A stretch of DNA of 63,375 bases, filler included, from Bigelowiella natans CCMP2755 (taxonomy: Eukaryota > Protista > Cercozoa): assembly GCA_000320545.1 (NCBI GenBank). It is 8 parts of 8 records of this genome, joined end to end, with 100 filler letters (N's around TTAATTAATTAA, not from the genome) between each part and the next. Parts side by side here need not be neighbours in the genome. Positions count along the whole stretch, not along the records: positions 54,934 to 61,341 come from ADNK01001337.1; positions 61,442 to 63,375 come from ADNK01000232.1; 6 more parts are not named here. One strand, 5' to 3'. Each line of letters begins with the position of its first letter. Positions within the stretch are counted from its first letter, which is position 1. The notes below the pieces were generated by a model. The model saw only the letters and a program-made list of their open reading frames with translations. It was not told the origin of the DNA and did no database searches. Shown one piece after another: positions 59,901-63,375 of this stretch. A program made the translations under genes and the position numbers.

Positions 59901-60981
59901 ATGGATCCTCAAGTCTTCTCTCAAATTGACAGCGACGGAGATGGGGTAGGGGTACAATTGGCACAATCAAAACAGCAGCATCTCAGAAAATTTTTGATAC
60001 TTTGATATGTTCTTGAAAAAACAGTATGTCTCGAGGGATGAGTGGGAAGATTTTTCACGTCGAAAATCCTGTCCAGCAGAATTAGTTACGAAAGTATCAG
60101 CATTTATTGGAAAGGATTTCGGAGAAAGGTAGAGATGAAGCTCCTCACGTGACTACTATTGTTTCAAGCTTTTACTAATAATTGTGCACCTGGAAGGGTC
60201 AGTAAGGCAGAGTTCATAGATTATATGGACAGAATCTGGTAAGAAGTGCAGCGACGCGACTATCTGACTGTGCAGATACTGCCTCCAATGATGATATGAA
60301 ACTAATAGTTTATGACCTAATTTTTACCGATTTAAGGGAGGATCAAGAAAATGTAATCTCCGACGATGAAAGGAGCAGTATGGGGATCAGACGTGACGGG
60401 TCATTAGACGGTCAATACAAACGCCCTTGGCCTTATCGTCTGTATCTGATAACTCCCTTTTTACTTCAGAGGATATAAGGACGAATTTTCTAGGAGGAGG
60501 GCTGGTATTTAGTGATATCCCCTACTAAAGTGTTCACAGAAGATTTGCCGACATTACACTTAAATCGAATTGCCTGATGTTGGTAGAACATGGCACAACC
60601 GCCAAATTATATTCCAAAATGTGTCTCAAGAAGCACTTCCAGCAGTATAATCTTAAAGGCCGATGTCGGTTTTGGTTGTTCTTCAGTCAAAAAGCTTCGA
60701 TGAAGGAGATGTGGGAATCCAAAGATTGAATGGGGATACTTTCGAGGTAGCAGATCTCTCTCGGGTTGGATGCAAAATGGTGATGTTCATTGGGCATGGA
60801 CCCCTCTCTCTCCCCACGTTAGGAAAGACTTGGGAAGTGCAGCGAAGAGAACCAAAAGTTGAAGGATGAGAATAAGTATTTATCAAACCAACTCATAGCT
60901 GAATGAAATGCTAGCTGACGCTCTATGTCGTCTTTCTCGTCGCATTAATAGGGGCTTGAAGAATAAGATAGAGGGGCTAGA

Positions 60982-61020
<39 letters not shown>

Positions 61021-61137
61021 AGGTTGCAGCCTTTTACTTGCCATGCATGAGCGAGTCCCTGCCCTAATTGTTTCGTGCTGCTCGATTATAAGATTAGTAT
61101 TTATTGTTATTATCATGACAATCAGTTACTAGTAGCT

Positions 61138-61168
<31 letters not shown>

Positions 61169-61218
61169 TACCACAGATTCTCCGTGAATACGAGGCTGAA
61201 CAGAAAGTTGGTCCGTGA
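59901..61218 (+). CDS. Small EF-hand protein
   Basis: MDPQVFSQIDSDGDG/YVSRDEW (canonical EF loop) and a second degenerate hand VSKAEFIDYMDRIW. Possible last exon ILREYEAEQKVGP*. Confidence 0.65.
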
Positions 61219-61341
61219 TTGATGGCGACGTGACACAATAAAGCAATTTCGCACAAAAGACATATCAAAAGGGGCGGAGAGTGCCCTCATTTACACACAA
61301 CGACCATAATATATACATATGTATATCTGTATATATATATA

Positions 61342-61441
61342 NNNNNNNNNNNNNNNNNNNNNNNNNNNNNNNNNNNNNNNNNNNNTTAATTAATTAANNN
61401 NNNNNNNNNNNNNNNNNNNNNNNNNNNNNNNNNNNNNNNNN
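61342..61441. other. Artificial contig spacer 7
   Basis: 44 N + TTAATTAATTAA + 44 N. Confidence 0.99.
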
Positions 61442-61929
61442 CTCCCCCCCCCCCCCCCCCTCCCCCCCTCCTACTCGCATCAACCGTTTCGTCTGACTCC
61501 AAGCGGGCTAAGCGGGTGTGCACAATGGACATCCTGGTTTTCCCATCGTTTACATGGCAGGAGGAGGAGGAGGAGGAGGAGGAGGGAGGAGGCCGAGGAA
61601 TCCCATATCAGAATCGTTAATATTGAAATAAATCAAAGGAATGATATTAGGTACGAGGCGTGTCTCTCGAGGATGTTATTCGTTTGCGATTAGTGCTTCT
61701 TCTTCTTCTATTTCCTCGTCTTCTCTAAAAGTCATGGTGATAATAAGTGTGAAACTAATGATGATGATAACGATGATGATGATGATGATGATCACGATGC
61801 TAAATCGATACTTCTGCTCGCCGTCTCGCATCCCCCAGATTATAAGCTAATTTTTGAGGCGTAAAACAGGGAGCACAGACACCAATGGAAGACACAAAAT
61901 TTCCATCAATATCTATAAATGTGGGGCGG

Positions 61930-62649
61930 GCGAATGAGAATCAAAAGAAAAAGAAGAAGAATCGTCGTGCTGAACACCACAGCCAGCAGCAACAACGATC
62001 CCTGGAAAAGAGAGCTGCGCGCCGTCAATGACGACAACGACATAGCTACCGCGCCTGCTCTCTTTTGCGGGATTATCCGCCCCCCGCCCCCCCCACAATT
62101 CGTAGGAGAACTTGTTTACATCGAGTATTTTTATTGTTGTTATCATCATCATCATCATCATCATTGCGAACACAGCCGCAGCAATGGGTGAGGGGAGAAG
62201 AAGAAGAAGATGATGAGCATTTCCGCACCGGCCCTGTCTCCAGCACGCGCTTCATGCATTCCAGCTTGCGCCGTGGGAGATCTCGCAAGGTGAGGCGAAC
62301 TACAGCACCGTGCCGAGGTGGGAGAGGAGGCACTCCTTGCCTACCTCGCCGTTGGACGCCGCTGGTTAGTTTCAAATCCCCTCCTTTCTTCGCGGTGTAT
62401 TGCTGTTCTTGCTCGAGTGCTGCTGCAGCACCCGCTTTTCCACCACCCCCCACCGTCTCTTCATCTTCGGGGCACGGGAGGAGGAACCTACTTGCGTCGC
62501 GGGAGGCAGTTTTATAATCGCCTGTGAGGGGGATGGGGGGGGAGGAGGAGGGGGGAGAGGAAAGGTGGGTGAGAGACAGGAGAGCAATTACAGAAACACA
62601 CACACACACACACACAAATACCAACCAAGATAATACCCTATATATGTAT

Positions 62650-62694
<45 letters not shown>

Positions 62695-63085
62695 TCTTTA
62701 TGCATGAATGTGTGCGTGCGCGTGTCGTCTTAACAGACCGAAGGCATAGATCTTCGAGAGAATAGGGGGTAGCCGTTCTGGTTGATTCCATTTCCACCTT
62801 CGTACGGCGTAGTGATCATGATGATGATAATGACGATGATGAGGATGATTTGTGCGAAAGCGTGCATGTACAAAACAAGTGCGTGTTTGCTCATGTGCCA
62901 TCTAATACACGCATAAACGCATACACGCGCGCACCAATCTTTTTCATCTTTCTCCTTATCATCCTTCTACTTACTCCCTTCCCCTTCATACTACTACAAC
63001 TACCACTTCAACTACTACTAATGATAATGATAATATTCGTTACTTCTGGAACTTGTCCATGGCGACATACTTCCCAAGCCTTTTC
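61930..63085 (-). CDS. Internal exons of an unknown minus-strand gene
   Basis: AG/GT-bounded segments at about 63043-63085, 62735-62797 and 62490-62521, plus a longer low-complexity segment 61930-62290. No family recognised. Confidence 0.3.
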
Positions 63086-63323
63086 CTGGTGGAGATAGTT
63101 GTGGTGACGAGATGGAGATGAAGGGGGGGGGAGGCAGGCAGGCATGAGAACAGACTTCATATGTGATACCTCGGATTTACGCCCGGCAGCAGGGCAAAAC
63201 GGTCCTCGTGCAGCCACTCAAATTGCTTCTCTAGCTTCTTTATCTTTTCATTACATTCATTCATTCGCTCAATCAGTTAACCCGAACCGAGCCAAATCGA
63301 CCGTGCATATGAGTAGAAAGAAT

Positions 63324-63359
<36 letters not shown>

Positions 63360-63375
63360 CACACACACAGACAAC

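Overview
Intron-rich eukaryotic (protist) nuclear DNA, not prokaryotic. It consists of 8 sequence blocks joined by seven artificial 100-bp spacers (44 N + TTAATTAATTAA + 44 N). Introns are short and packed with (TA)n/(TG)n/(CT)n and trinucleotide microsatellites. A pUC-like polylinker remnant at one contig end suggests a Sanger-era assembly. The overall style suggests a chlorarachniophyte such as Bigelowiella, but that is inference only. Manual splicing supports about 22 genes. Recognisable ones are an N-terminal-half SMC6, a kinesin motor (partial), a bacterial-type SAM methyltransferase, a GH36/raffinose-synthase-like C-terminus, a mitochondrial-type J-protein, NRAMP, an ependymin-like secreted protein, DBP7/DDX31 helicase, PEP synthase (partial), a large LRR + ~10-TM receptor, an intronless ThuA-domain gene, OSGEP/Kae1 (partial) and two EF-hand genes. 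The best novelty candidates are: (1) a secreted-LRR receptor with exact 171-nt, alternating 28/29-aa Cys-containing LRR pairs fused to a kinase-less ~10-TM domain with a TMEM16/TMC/OSCA-like motif; (2) near-perfect strand alternation of genes, with CATG/TGCA/CTAG-rich, deamination-like DNA mainly in 3' spacers; (3) a half-SMC6; (4) a nucleolar helicase carrying a signal-peptide-like leader. No rRNA, tRNA, CRISPR array or intact mobile element was found. Exon boundaries were assigned by eye and are approximate.
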